A DNA stretch of 64,000 nt from Propionibacteriaceae bacterium. GTDB taxonomy: Bacteria > Actinomycetota > Actinomycetes > Propionibacteriales > Propionibacteriaceae. Positions 31,182-42,937 of the stretch are shown here, one piece after another. How positions within the stretch are numbered: position 1 is the stretch's first letter; the number at the start of each line of letters is the position of its first letter. Below the pieces are notes generated by a model. That model was not told the DNA's origin. It worked only from the letters and a program-made list of their open reading frames with translations, and did no database searches. The stretch lies in the NCBI GenBank assembly GCA_027492545.1, contig JAPUEL010000042.1, forward strand, positions 88,286 through 152,285. Direction: 5' to 3'. The translations under genes and the position numbers were made by a program.

Positions 31182-31742
31182 CTAAACTCCGTCGGCCTCG
31201 TTGGGGGTCTCGACGGAGACCGGGTCCATCCGCATCGTCTGGCGGAGGCCGGAGCGCTGGATGACGCGCTGAATGGTGAGGTCGCGGCGGTCCGGATCCC
31301 CCACGTAGCGGATCTCTCGGAGCCCCTGCCCCTGCGCCGCCGACTCGAAGACGAAGTGGCCGTAGCCCAGCACCTGGCCCATCAGCGAGCGGTACATCGA
31401 GATGTCGAGGATGCGGGTCATCGGCATGGTGGCCAGGGACCGGTCGAACACGCCGTGCACGCGGAACACCCGCATGTTGGTGATCACGAACCGGTCCATG
31501 CGCGCCACGTGCACCTTCCACAGGCCCACCCCGATCACCGCGACCCCCAGGAGCACGGGGCCCCACCAGAGCGCCTCCGCGCCCAGCGCGGCGAGGAGCA
31601 ACGGGATGCCCAACGAGGCGAGGGCGTACCACCAGAAGGTGGCGGCCCAGTGCTTGCGGACCTCGTCGATGATCACCTCGCCCTCGTCCACGAGAAGATG
31701 GCCCTGCACGTCGGGCACGACGAGGCTGCGGAAGAAGTTCAC
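31182..31742 (-). CDS. Bacterial PH-domain membrane protein
   Basis: VRKHW, two TM helices, FVITNMRVFRVHG, ILDIS...GQVLGYGHFVFESA. Confidence 0.8.
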   Translation of the reverse strand: MNFFRSLVVPDVQGHLLVDEGEVIIDEVRKHWAATFWWYALASLGIPLLLAALGAEALWWGPVLLGVAVIGVGLWKVHVARMDRFVITNMRVFRVHGVFDRSLATMPMTRILDISMYRSLMGQVLGYGHFVFESAAQGQGLREIRYVGDPDRRDLTIQRVIQRSGLRQTMRMDPVSVETPNEADGV

Positions 31743-31743
31743 C

Positions 31744-31899
31744 TCAGGCGGCCAGCGAGGTGAAGAACCGTCCGATCGCCTCGAAAGCTCCGAAGAAGGA
31801 CTTGACCGCTTCGGCCGCGGCCTCAGGCCGGGTGAACAGGTAGAACAAGACGAAGGCGGCCACCAGTAGCAACAGGGCCTTCTTCAGCCAACCAATCAC
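31744..31899 (-). CDS. 51-aa small membrane protein (absent from the ORF track)
   Basis: Manual translation MIGWLKKALLLLVAAFVLFYLFTRPEAAAEAVKSFFGAFEAIGRFFTSLAA; AGGAGG SD 5 nt before GTG; stop lies 1 nt from the PH gene start. Confidence 0.8.
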   Translation of the reverse strand: MIGWLKKALLLLVAAFVLFYLFTRPEAAAEAVKSFFGAFEAIGRFFTSLAA

Positions 31900-32033
31900 G
31901 GCGTCCTCCTCGCGTCGTTCGGCTGCCAGTCTGCCGCACCCAGACGTGTTGTCCGCGGCGACGCGCCGACGCTGGGCACTGTTCTCCCACCCCCGAGGCC
32001 CGTGGCCGGACCGCGTGTGGAAAACTGACGTCC

Positions 32034-32483
32034 ATGGACAACTCTGATCTCTTCATCTGCATCGATCACGTCGGCCTGGCCGTCCCGGACCTCGATGAGG
32101 CCGTCAAGTTCCACACCGAGACCTTCGGCTGGCGCGAGCTGCACCGCGAGGTCAACGAGGAGCAGGGCGTGGCCGAGGCCATGATCGGGACCGGCGAGCA
32201 GGGCGAGGAGAACGCCAAGATCCAGCTCCTGGCCCCCCTCAACGAGAACTCGACCATCGCCAAGTTCCTGACCAAGAACGGCCCCGGCATGCAGCAGCTG
32301 GCCTACCGCGTCGCCGACCTGGACCACGTCTCCGCGGTCCTGAAGGAGCGCGGCATGCGCCTCCTGTTCCCGGAGGCCAAGCGCGGCACCGGCGGGTCAC
32401 GCATCAACTTCGTGCACCCCAAGGACGCCCGCGGCGTGCTGCTCGAGCTGGTGGAGCTTCCGAAGGAGCCCGCCGGCCACTGA
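32034..32483 (+). CDS. mce: Methylmalonyl-CoA epimerase
   Basis: IDHVGLAV, IQLLAPL, GPGMQQLAYRV, INFVHPKD...VLLELVE. Confidence 0.93.
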   Translation: MDNSDLFICIDHVGLAVPDLDEAVKFHTETFGWRELHREVNEEQGVAEAMIGTGEQGEENAKIQLLAPLNENSTIAKFLTKNGPGMQQLAYRVADLDHVSAVLKERGMRLLFPEAKRGTGGSRINFVHPKDARGVLLELVELPKEPAGH

Positions 32484-32501
32484 TCACCAGCTGTGATCGA
32501 C

Positions 32502-32537
32502 CGCCGAGGGCAGGGTGCACGCACCCTGCCCTCGGCG
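32502..32537 (+). terminator. Perfect 17-bp inverted repeat after mce
   Basis: CGCCGAGGGCAGGGTGC-AC-GCACCCTGCCCTCGGCG. Confidence 0.75.
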
Positions 32538-32594
32538 CCACTACGGAGCGGCTAGGCTCGGAGGAGACGATCCCCGTCGATGAGAGGAGTGCCG

Positions 32595-33665
32595 GTGTCC
32601 GCACCCAGGAGCGACTTCGACAGCGAAGAGACCGGTCTCAACCTGTTCGATGACCGGGCAACCGCGGCGGGCAGCTTCCCGCACTCGATGTTGGGCTACG
32701 ACAAGCACGCCGTGGACAGCTACGTCCGCGAGGTCGAGACGCAGGTGAGCCAGCTGAAGATGCAGGTGCGCGAGCGGACCCGCGAGATCGCCTTCATCAA
32801 GGCCGAGCAGGGCACCACGGACTTCACCCGCCTGGGCGCCCACGCCACGGGGCTGCTCCGTTCGGCGGAGGCGCAGGCGGGAGACATCGTCTCCACGGCC
32901 CAGCAGGAGGCCGAGCGCATCAAGACCGAGGCGCGACGCACGGCCGCCACGCTCCGCGAGTCGGCGCAGCAGGAGGCGGACGACGTGCGGCTCACCGGGC
33001 TCGCCGGTCTGCGCGAGCTGCGCCAGCAGCAGGCCGACGCCGGCAAGGCCACCCTCGAGATGGCCCGGCGGGACGCGGACCTCATCGTCGCCGACGCGCG
33101 CGCCAAGGGCCAGGCGCTCCTGGACGCGGCCAACCTCGAAGCAGCCGCATTGCTGGAGACCGCCAAGATCGAGGGCGCCCGCCGGGCGCAGGACGCGTCG
33201 CGGGCCGCCTCCGAGATCCGGCTCGCGGCCGAACGCTCGGCCGAGGAGACGCTGGCCGCGGCTGCCGCCACGGCCAGGGAGTCGGAGCAGGCGGTCAAGG
33301 ACCGCCTCGCGCAGGCCGACAAGGAGGCAACCGACGCCGCCGCGCGGGCCGCGGAGGCGCGTGAGGAGGCCCAGCGGATCCGGGCCGAGGCGGTGGCCTC
33401 GGCGGAGGAGATCAGGCTCGGCGCCACCCGGCAGAGCGAGGAGACACTGGCCACCATGCACGCCAGGGCCCGCGACGCGGAGACGGCGCTCGAGGAGAAG
33501 GTGGCCTGGCGCAAGGAGCAGCTCGAGCGAGAGATCGCGGCGCTGGAGAGCCGCCGCGCCACGGCGTTGGCGCAACTCAGCAACCTGCGCGCGCTCGCCG
33601 AGGAGTCGGCCCGCTTCGAGGACGACCTGACAGCAGTGATCTCGAAGGACGACACCCCCCAGTGA
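32595..33665 (+). CDS. DivIVA-motif coiled-coil protein (FilP/Scy-like)
   Basis: F...LGYDKHAVDSYV N-terminal motif, long Ala/Glu/Arg coiled coil, C-terminal ALAQLSNLRAL; SD GAGGAG before GTG 32595; follows mce, as scy/filP do in Streptomyces. Confidence 0.7.
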   Translation: MSAPRSDFDSEETGLNLFDDRATAAGSFPHSMLGYDKHAVDSYVREVETQVSQLKMQVRERTREIAFIKAEQGTTDFTRLGAHATGLLRSAEAQAGDIVSTAQQEAERIKTEARRTAATLRESAQQEADDVRLTGLAGLRELRQQQADAGKATLEMARRDADLIVADARAKGQALLDAANLEAAALLETAKIEGARRAQDASRAASEIRLAAERSAEETLAAAAATARESEQAVKDRLAQADKEATDAAARAAEAREEAQRIRAEAVASAEEIRLGATRQSEETLATMHARARDAETALEEKVAWRKEQLEREIAALESRRATALAQLSNLRALAEESARFEDDLTAVISKDDTPQ

Positions 33666-34873
33666 CCGACCCGACCGACGACGCGGCGGAGCCGGCACCG
33701 GCTCCCGCCCCACCACCGCGGCGTCGCGGCCTGTTCCGCCGCGGGGCGGGCATGATGGCCAGGGGTGCCCGCACGCTCCTGACGCCCACGCCCGAGCCCG
33801 TCATCGTGCCGGTGCCCCCCACCGCGGTGGACCCTCAGGAGCGGTCCCCCTGGCCGTCGCCGTTCCTCTTCGGCTTCATGGGCGCCTTGGGGGTTCTGAT
33901 GGCCGTGGCCCTCGCCCAGGCCATCATCACCGTGCAGAGCGTCCTCATCCTCGTGGTCATGGCCCTTTTCCTGGCGTTGGGTCTCAGCCCCGCCGTCGAG
34001 TTCCTCACCCGGCGGCGCGTGCCCAGGCCGTTCGCGGTGACCGTCGTGACCATCGCTCTGCTGGCCGTCATCGCCCTCGGCGTCACGGCTCTGGTCCCCG
34101 TTCTGACCCAGCAGACCGCGGCGCTGACCCGGAACCTGCCTCAGCTGTTGCAGAACCTGGCCCAGCACCCCCAGATCGCGGCATGGGAGGAGGAGTACAA
34201 CATCACCCAGACCGTCACGGACTTCTTCGCCTCCGGGGCGCTGATCAACAACCTGTTCGGTGGCCTGTGGGGCGCGGGGCGACTGGTGGCCAACCTGGTG
34301 TTCTCCGTCATCGTGACGCTGGTGCTGACGGTCTACTTCCTCGCCTCGCTCCCCACCATCAAGGAGACCCTCTACGCGTTCGCTCCCAAGAGCCGACGCG
34401 CGCGCACCAGGTACCTGGCAGACGAGATCTTCCGGGGCGTGTCGGGCTACATCACCGGCATGTTCGTCATCGTGTCGGTGGCCTCGGTCTGCGCGTTCGT
34501 GTTCATGAACATCGCCGGCCTCGGCAGCTACTCGTTGGCGCTCGCGTTCGTCGTGGCCCTGTTCTGCTTCATCCCCCTGATCGGGTCCTCGCTGGCGATG
34601 GCGAGCGTGGCCGTCGTGGCGTTCGCCGTCGATCCCGCCATCGGCATCGCCACCATCATCTACTTCCTCATCTACCAGCAGTTCGACGCCTACGTCCTGT
34701 ACCCCACCGTCCTGAAGCGCACCGTGAAGGTGCCGGGCGCCCTGGTGGTGCTGTCCGCCATCGTCGGGGGAATGCTGTTCGGGGTCATCGGGGCGGTCAT
34801 CGCCATCCCCACCACGGCGGCCCTGCTGCTGCTCTACCGCGAGATCGCACAACCTGCGCTGGACGCGGCCTGA
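33662..34873 (+). CDS. AI-2E family transporter
   Basis: Hydrophobic; FIPLIGS, YQQFDAYVLYP, GVIGAVIAIP. Confidence 0.88.
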   Translation: MTDPTDDAAEPAPAPAPPPRRRGLFRRGAGMMARGARTLLTPTPEPVIVPVPPTAVDPQERSPWPSPFLFGFMGALGVLMAVALAQAIITVQSVLILVVMALFLALGLSPAVEFLTRRRVPRPFAVTVVTIALLAVIALGVTALVPVLTQQTAALTRNLPQLLQNLAQHPQIAAWEEEYNITQTVTDFFASGALINNLFGGLWGAGRLVANLVFSVIVTLVLTVYFLASLPTIKETLYAFAPKSRRARTRYLADEIFRGVSGYITGMFVIVSVASVCAFVFMNIAGLGSYSLALAFVVALFCFIPLIGSSLAMASVAVVAFAVDPAIGIATIIYFLIYQQFDAYVLYPTVLKRTVKVPGALVVLSAIVGGMLFGVIGAVIAIPTTAALLLLYREIAQPALDAA

Positions 34874-34893
34874 CATCTTGGTAGGTTGGCCCA

Positions 34894-35589
34894 GTGCGTT
34901 TGGTGGTAGCGAAGTGTCAGGTGGACTACGTCGGGAGGCTGACGGCCCACCTGCCGATGGCCACCCGGCTGATCCTGGTCAAGGCCGACGGGTCCGTCTC
35001 GGTGCACGCAGATGACCGCGCCTACAAGCCGCTCAACTGGATGAGCCCGCCCTGCACCCTCACGGTGGACGCGCCCGACGTGGAGGCCGCCGAGGCGCTC
35101 GGCGTGACCGAGGTGTGGCAGGTGAGAGCCAAGGACGGCGACACCCTACGAATCCTGGTGGCTGAGGTCCTGCACGACTCGGCCCACGAGCTCGGGCTCG
35201 ACCCCGGCCTGCAGAAGGACGGCGTCGAAGCGCACCTCCAGGCGCTCCTGGCCGAACACCCCGCCACCCTGGGCGACGGCATGAAGCTGATCCAGCGCGA
35301 GTACCTCACGCCCATCGGACCCGTCGACCTGCTGCTGCGCGACGACCGCGGGGCTTACGTCGCCGTCGAGGTGAAGCGGCGCGGCGAGATCGACGGCGTC
35401 GAGCAGTTGACGCGCTATCTGGACCTCATGAACCGGGACCCGCACCTGGCGCCGGTGCGAGGCATCTTCGCTGGGCAGCAGATCAAGCCGCAGGCGCGCA
35501 CCCTGGCGGCTGATCGGGGCATCGAGTGGCGCCTCATCGACTATGACGCGCTCCGCGGGCTGGACAACGCGGACGAGCGGTTGTTCTGA
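34894..35589 (+). CDS. nucS: Mismatch-specific endonuclease NucS/EndoMS
   Basis: [57 protein letters not shown]. Confidence 0.97.
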   Translation: MRLVVAKCQVDYVGRLTAHLPMATRLILVKADGSVSVHADDRAYKPLNWMSPPCTLTVDAPDVEAAEALGVTEVWQVRAKDGDTLRILVAEVLHDSAHELGLDPGLQKDGVEAHLQALLAEHPATLGDGMKLIQREYLTPIGPVDLLLRDDRGAYVAVEVKRRGEIDGVEQLTRYLDLMNRDPHLAPVRGIFAGQQIKPQARTLAADRGIEWRLIDYDALRGLDNADERLF

Positions 35590-35864
35590 TGGCCAGGCGC
35601 CCCTCGAAGCATCTGCGCGCGCCGCGGCCCCTCCTGTCCGGCGGGTCGCAGAGCCGGGTGCACCGCCAGGGGGTGGACTACATCGTGCGCAGCGTGCCGG
35701 CGCAGCGCTCCGAGAAGGAGTACCGGTGTCCCGGCTGCCACCAGCGGATCGTTCCCGGCACGGCTCACGTCGTCGCGTGGCCTGCCGCGCCGCCACTGGG
35801 CGCCGAGACGGGGCTGGAACTGCGTCGGCATTGGCACACGCACTGCTGGGGGGCGCACCGGTGA
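35589..35864 (+). CDS. Conserved small putative Zn-binding protein (Rv1322-like)
   Basis: YRCPGCHQRI...HVVAWP...RRHWHTHCW; TGATG-coupled to nucS. Confidence 0.8.
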   Translation: MARRPSKHLRAPRPLLSGGSQSRVHRQGVDYIVRSVPAQRSEKEYRCPGCHQRIVPGTAHVVAWPAAPPLGAETGLELRRHWHTHCWGAHR

Positions 35865-36637
35865 GCCTCCACGAGATGATCGTGGGGTCAGGGCCCGTCC
35901 ACGCCGTGTTCCTGCACGGCCTCTTCGGCCAGGGAAAGAACTTCGGCACGGTGGCGGCCAGGCTGGGCGATGTGGCCACCTGCCACCTCGTCGACCTGCC
36001 GAATCACGGGCGCTCGGCGTGGACCGAGGAGTTCTCGCTGGACGGCCAGGCCGAGGTGGTCGGGGACTGGCTGGCCTCCCGGTTCGACTCCCCCGTGGCC
36101 CTCATCGGGCACTCCCTGGGCGGCAAGATCGCGATGCGCCTGGCGCTGCGCCGCGGCGAGCTGGTCGAGCGGCTCATGGTGCTGGACATCTCGCCTGCCC
36201 GAAACGTCGCGGCCGCGACCTTCGTCAACCTCGTGGCGGCGCTACGCACCCTGGATCTCGACGAGCTGACCAGCCGCGCCCAGGCCGACGAGGCCCTGAC
36301 CGAGCTGATCCCAGACGTCGCGGTGCGACGATTCCTGCTTCAGAACCTCCGCCACAAGGGTCAGCACTGGTCCTGGCAGGCCAACCTCGACCTGCTCGGC
36401 GATTCACTCCACGCCGTCGGCGGCTGGCCCGCCATCGAGGGCAGCTACGACGGGCCGGTGCTGTGGGTCAACGGTGGCCGTTCACCCTACGTGCAACCCG
36501 AGCACCTGGAGCCGATGCGCCGCCTCTTCCCGCGCGTGCTGCAGCTCACTTTGAAGCGTGCGGGCCACTGGGTGCACGCGGACGACCCTGACGGGTTCGT
36601 CACCGTCGCCCACCACTTCCTCACCGCGGATCGGTAG
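35861..36637 (+). CDS. Alpha/beta hydrolase (YbfF-like esterase)
   Basis: LHGLFG, DLPNHG, GHSLGGK, AGHWVHAD; GTGA overlap with the previous gene. Confidence 0.9.
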   Translation: MSLHEMIVGSGPVHAVFLHGLFGQGKNFGTVAARLGDVATCHLVDLPNHGRSAWTEEFSLDGQAEVVGDWLASRFDSPVALIGHSLGGKIAMRLALRRGELVERLMVLDISPARNVAAATFVNLVAALRTLDLDELTSRAQADEALTELIPDVAVRRFLLQNLRHKGQHWSWQANLDLLGDSLHAVGGWPAIEGSYDGPVLWVNGGRSPYVQPEHLEPMRRLFPRVLQLTLKRAGHWVHADDPDGFVTVAHHFLTADR

Positions 36638-36643
36638 TGGCGC

Positions 36644-37303
36644 TCAGCCGAGGGTGACGGAGGTGATCTTCGCCTCGGCGATGGGCGAGGTCTGGTCCGC
36701 GGCGTCCACGCCTTGGGCCGCGATCCCGCCCACCACGTCCAGTCCCGCCTGATCCATGGTGCCGAAGACGGTGTACTCCGGCGGCAGTGGCGTGTCGGCC
36801 CAGACCAGGAAGAACTGCGCTCCGCCCGTGTTGGGCGGCTGCCGCTTGGCCATGGCGACGGTGCCCGCCGGGTAGGTGGGCGCCGGAACGAGCTCGTCCG
36901 GGATGGTGTAGCCCGGCCCGCCCGTGCCGGTGGCTGTCGGATCACCGCACTGGAGGATGAAGATCCCGTAGTCCACGAGCCGGTGGCACTCGGTGTCGTC
37001 GAAGTATCCCTGCTCCGCGAGCGAGACGAACGAGTGGACGGTGCAGGGGGCCTTCGCCCGGTCCAGGGTGAGGCTCACGTCACCCGCGGTCAGGTGAAGG
37101 GTCACGCCCACGGTGCCCTGATCCGACACGTTGTCGCCGCTCGGCGGGTCGACGGGGCGGGCTGGCTCCCCGTCCGACGGGTACGCGCACTCCACGCCCG
37201 AGGCCGCCTCGACGCCGCCGTCGTTGGACTCGTTGGCGTTCTGACAGCCGGTGACGGCGAGCAGCGCCGCCAGGGTCAGGAGGGTGAGGGGTCGCATGCG
37301 CAC
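36644..37303 (-). CDS. Cyclophilin-type peptidyl-prolyl isomerase, lipoprotein
   Basis: Lipobox VTGC, CHRL, LQCGDPTATGTGGPGY, GAQFFLV, YTVFG; start is GTG 37303 (leaderless) or ATG 37297. Confidence 0.9.
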   Translation of the reverse strand: MRMRPLTLLTLAALLAVTGCQNANESNDGGVEAASGVECAYPSDGEPARPVDPPSGDNVSDQGTVGVTLHLTAGDVSLTLDRAKAPCTVHSFVSLAEQGYFDDTECHRLVDYGIFILQCGDPTATGTGGPGYTIPDELVPAPTYPAGTVAMAKRQPPNTGGAQFFLVWADTPLPPEYTVFGTMDQAGLDVVGGIAAQGVDAADQTSPIAEAKITSVTLG

Positions 37304-37331
37304 GTGCCCCAGCTTGGCATAGATTGGGGGC

Positions 37332-37928
37332 ATGGTCACACTCTCCAAGATCTACACCCGCACCGGTGACGCCGGCACCACCCGGCTCTCGGACAACTCC
37401 GAGGTCCCCAAGACGGACCTCCGGGTGGAGGCCTACGGGCACGTCGACGAGGCCAACGCGGCCATCGGTGTCGCGGTCGCCACCGGAGGGCTCCCGCCGC
37501 GCGTGGTGGAGATGCTGGCCCTCATCAGCAACGAGCTGTTCGACGTCGGCGCGGACCTGTCCACCCCGCTGAACCCGTCGCCGCCGTGGCCGCCCCTCCG
37601 GATCGAGCAGCCCTCGGTCGACCGGCTGGAGGCGTACTGCGACGAGCTGCAGGAGTCGCTGCCTGTGCTGCGCAGCTTCATCCTCCCCGGAGGCACCCCG
37701 GCGGGCGCGCAGCTGCACGTGGCGCGCACCGTCGCGCGGCGGGCCGAGAGGGCCGCCTGGCGCTGCGTCGACGCCCACGGCACAGGCCCCGACGGCGGGG
37801 TCAACCTGCTGGCCATCACCTACCTCAACCGGCTGTCCGACCTGCTGTTCATCATGTCGCGCGCCGCCAACGGCACCGCGGGCGAAATCTTGTGGGTGCC
37901 GGGCACGGACCGGGTGAAGCCTGCCTGA
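37332..37928 (+). CDS. Cob(I)alamin adenosyltransferase, PduO type
   Basis: IYTRTGDAGTT, VEAYGHVDEAN, FILPGGT, RTVARRAER, YLNRLSDLLF. Confidence 0.95.
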   Translation: MVTLSKIYTRTGDAGTTRLSDNSEVPKTDLRVEAYGHVDEANAAIGVAVATGGLPPRVVEMLALISNELFDVGADLSTPLNPSPPWPPLRIEQPSVDRLEAYCDELQESLPVLRSFILPGGTPAGAQLHVARTVARRAERAAWRCVDAHGTGPDGGVNLLAITYLNRLSDLLFIMSRAANGTAGEILWVPGTDRVKPA

Positions 37929-37937
37929 GGAGCCCGC

Positions 37938-38399
37938 TCAGCGGGGAGTGTCGGCGCTGGAGGGGAAGTAGTGGCTGCCGGGGGGCGCCGATTCCAGCCA
38001 GCTCATCAGCGCCAGCACCTCGTCGCTGGCCATCGCCAGGGTGTGGACGTGCGCGGTGGCGCGGTCCTTGACCGTGACGATCACCGAGTTGTCGAACAAC
38101 GCAATGGCCTCGATCCCCTCCGGGGATCGTCGATGCAGGTAGGTGGTCGCGGCGCGCTGCAGCACCAACTGTGGCTTCAGGCCGAAGGAGAACGACCGGA
38201 ACCACTCCAGGCTCTCGCCCCGGAAGCGGGCCATGCCGAGGACCCAGCCGGCCCCTGGCGAGTCGTCGCGCACGCGGTGCGCGCAGTCGAAGAGACCCCC
38301 CTGTCCGGTGAGCCAACGGCGACGGATGTAGAGCAGCACGAAGGGCAGCAGCACCACGGCGATGATGATCACCGTGGTCATGACGAACTGCCACACCAC
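37938..38399 (-). CDS. DUF2550 family protein
   Basis: N-terminal TM helix, GWVLGMARF, LEWFRSFS, ALMSWLESAPP; usual position after atpC. Confidence 0.85.
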   Translation of the reverse strand: MVWQFVMTTVIIIAVVLLPFVLLYIRRRWLTGQGGLFDCAHRVRDDSPGAGWVLGMARFRGESLEWFRSFSFGLKPQLVLQRAATTYLHRRSPEGIEAIALFDNSVIVTVKDRATAHVHTLAMASDEVLALMSWLESAPPGSHYFPSSADTPR

Positions 38400-38443
38400 C
38401 GCCCGCCACTCCCGTCCGGGTCACTGGGACCCTGATATGCGCT

Positions 38444-38479
38444 CAGGGCAGCTCCCCCGATGTCGGAAGAGCCGCCCTG
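38444..38479 (-). terminator. Hairpin after atpC (atp operon terminator candidate)
   Basis: CAGGGCGGCTC...GAGCTGCCCTG on the minus strand, with an inner CCGA/TCGG pair; no U-tract. Confidence 0.55.
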
Positions 38480-38494
38480 CGCGGTTCACAGCTG

Positions 38495-38902
38495 TTAGGT
38501 TGTCGCCCTCTCACCGGCACGGATCTGGGCCTGGAGGATCCGGAGGTGATGCAGCTCGTCGTCGTCGGCGTCACCCTGCATGGCCTTGACCTCCAGCGTG
38601 GACGCCTCGCGGCGGGCCTCATCCAGTCCCACCTCATGACCCAGGGTCGCGGACTGGCTGAGCACAGACACGCGCCCATGGGCCACGGAGATGTAGCCGC
38701 CGTCGACGGCGAGGGACTCGCTTCGGCCGTCGGCCGTGACGATCTCGACCACACACGGCACCAGCACCGCGAGGAGCGGCTCGTGACCGGGGAGGATGCC
38801 GATGTCGCCCTCAACCGTCCGCGCGATGATGTTGACCGACTCGCCCGACCAGACCAGGCGGTCCGCCGCGACGACCTCGACGTGGAGCGGGGGCCTGGCC
38901 AC
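38495..38902 (-). CDS. atpC: ATP synthase epsilon subunit
   Basis: LHVEVVAADRLVWSG, GDIGILPGHEP, VDGGYISV. Confidence 0.96.
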   Translation of the reverse strand: MARPPLHVEVVAADRLVWSGESVNIIARTVEGDIGILPGHEPLLAVLVPCVVEIVTADGRSESLAVDGGYISVAHGRVSVLSQSATLGHEVGLDEARREASTLEVKAMQGDADDDELHHLRILQAQIRAGERATT

Positions 38903-38904
38903 GA

Positions 38905-41278
<2,374 letters not shown>

Positions 41279-41281
41279 CGA

Positions 41282-42919
41282 CTAACCCCGCTTCTGGCGG
41301 ACGATCGTCTCCTGGCCGATCTCCTCGTCCGCGAGCGGCTTGTGCTCCTCGCGCCCCACGAGCAGCTTGCCCTCGGAGGTGCGGAAGACGGTCTTGAAGT
41401 CACCCAGTGCCTTGAGGGTGGCGTCCTTGAGGTCATCGCCGAAGAGCTGGGTCTGCGCGATGGTCTCAAGGACGGTGCCGTTGTGGCGCAGGTGATCCAG
41501 GAACTCCTGCTCGAAGCGCAGCACGTCGTCGACCGGAACGTCGTCGAAGTGGCCCTCGATGCCGGCCCACACGGACACGACCTGGTCCTCGACCGGGTAG
41601 GGGGCGTACTGCCCCTGCCGGAGCAGCTCGGTGAGCCGCGCGCCGCGGTCGAGCTGCCGGCGCGTGGCCGCATCCAGATCGGAGGCGAACATCGCGAAGG
41701 CCTGCATGTCGCGGTACTGCGCCAGGCTGATCTTCAGCGACCCGGCCACGGCCTTCATGGCCTTGATCTGCGCGGCGCCACCGACTCGCGACACCGACAC
41801 GCCCACGTCGACGGCGGGGCGCTGGTTGGCGTTGAACAGGTCCGACTGGAGGAAGATCTGCCCGTCGGTGATCGAGATCACGTTGGTGGGGATGTAGGCC
41901 GACACGTCGTTGGCCTTCGTTTCGATGATGGGCAGGCCCGTCATCGAGCCGCCGCCGAGCTCGTCGGACAGCTTGGCGCAGCGCTCCAGGAGACGGGAGT
42001 GGAGGTAGAACACGTCGCCGGGGTAGGCCTCGCGGCCCGGGGGCCGGCGCAGCAGAAGGGACATGGCGCGGTAGGCCTCGGCCTGCTTCGTCAGGTCGTC
42101 GAACACGATGAGCACGTGGGCGCCCTGGTACATCCAGTGCTGGCCGATGGCCGACCCGGAGTAGGGGGCGATGTACTTGAAGCCGGCGGGGTCGGAGGCC
42201 GGGGAGTGCACGATGGTGGTGTACTCCAACGCGCCGGCAGCCTCGAGGGTGCTGCGCACCTCGGCGATCGTCGACCCCTTCTGGCCGATGGCGACGTAGA
42301 TGCAGCGGACCTGCTTCTTCTTGTCGCCGGACTCCCAGTTGGCCTTCTGGTTGATGATCGCGTCGATCGCGATGGCCGTCTTGCCTGTCTTGCGGTCACC
42401 GATGATGAGCTGACGCTGGCCGCGGCCGATCGGGATCATCGCGTCGATGGCCTTGAGGCCGGTCTGCAGCGGCTCGCGCACCTCCTGGCGGTCCATGACG
42501 CCGGCCGCCTGGAGCTCCAGCGCCCGTCGTCCGTCGATGTCGGTGATCTCACCGAGGCCGTCGATCGGGTTGCCCATGGCGTCCACGACGCGGCCGAGGT
42601 AGCCGTCGCCGACCGGGACGGACAGCACGTCGCCGGTGCCGTGCACGATGGAGCCCTCGTCGATGCCCTCGGAGTCTCCGAGGACGACGACGCCGATCTC
42701 ACGCTCGTCCAGGTTGAGTGCGATGCCCAGAGTGCCGTTCGCGAAGCGCAGCAGCTCGTTCGCCATCGCCGAGGGGAGACCCTCGACCCGCGCGATGCCG
42801 TCTCCCGAGGTCACGACGGTGCCGACCTCGGTCCGTGAAGCGGCCTGGGGCTGGTAAGACTGGACGAAGTCGTCCAGCGCGCTGCGGATCTCGTCCGGAC
42901 TGATGGTGAGTTCAGCCAT
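41282..42919 (-). CDS. atpA: ATP synthase alpha subunit
   Basis: [28 protein letters not shown]. Confidence 0.98.
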   Translation of the reverse strand: MAELTISPDEIRSALDDFVQSYQPQAASRTEVGTVVTSGDGIARVEGLPSAMANELLRFANGTLGIALNLDEREIGVVVLGDSEGIDEGSIVHGTGDVLSVPVGDGYLGRVVDAMGNPIDGLGEITDIDGRRALELQAAGVMDRQEVREPLQTGLKAIDAMIPIGRGQRQLIIGDRKTGKTAIAIDAIINQKANWESGDKKKQVRCIYVAIGQKGSTIAEVRSTLEAAGALEYTTIVHSPASDPAGFKYIAPYSGSAIGQHWMYQGAHVLIVFDDLTKQAEAYRAMSLLLRRPPGREAYPGDVFYLHSRLLERCAKLSDELGGGSMTGLPIIETKANDVSAYIPTNVISITDGQIFLQSDLFNANQRPAVDVGVSVSRVGGAAQIKAMKAVAGSLKISLAQYRDMQAFAMFASDLDAATRRQLDRGARLTELLRQGQYAPYPVEDQVVSVWAGIEGHFDDVPVDDVLRFEQEFLDHLRHNGTVLETIAQTQLFGDDLKDATLKALGDFKTVFRTSEGKLLVGREEHKPLADEEIGQETIVRQKRG

Positions 42920-42937
42920 TGCGTTATCTACTTTCGT

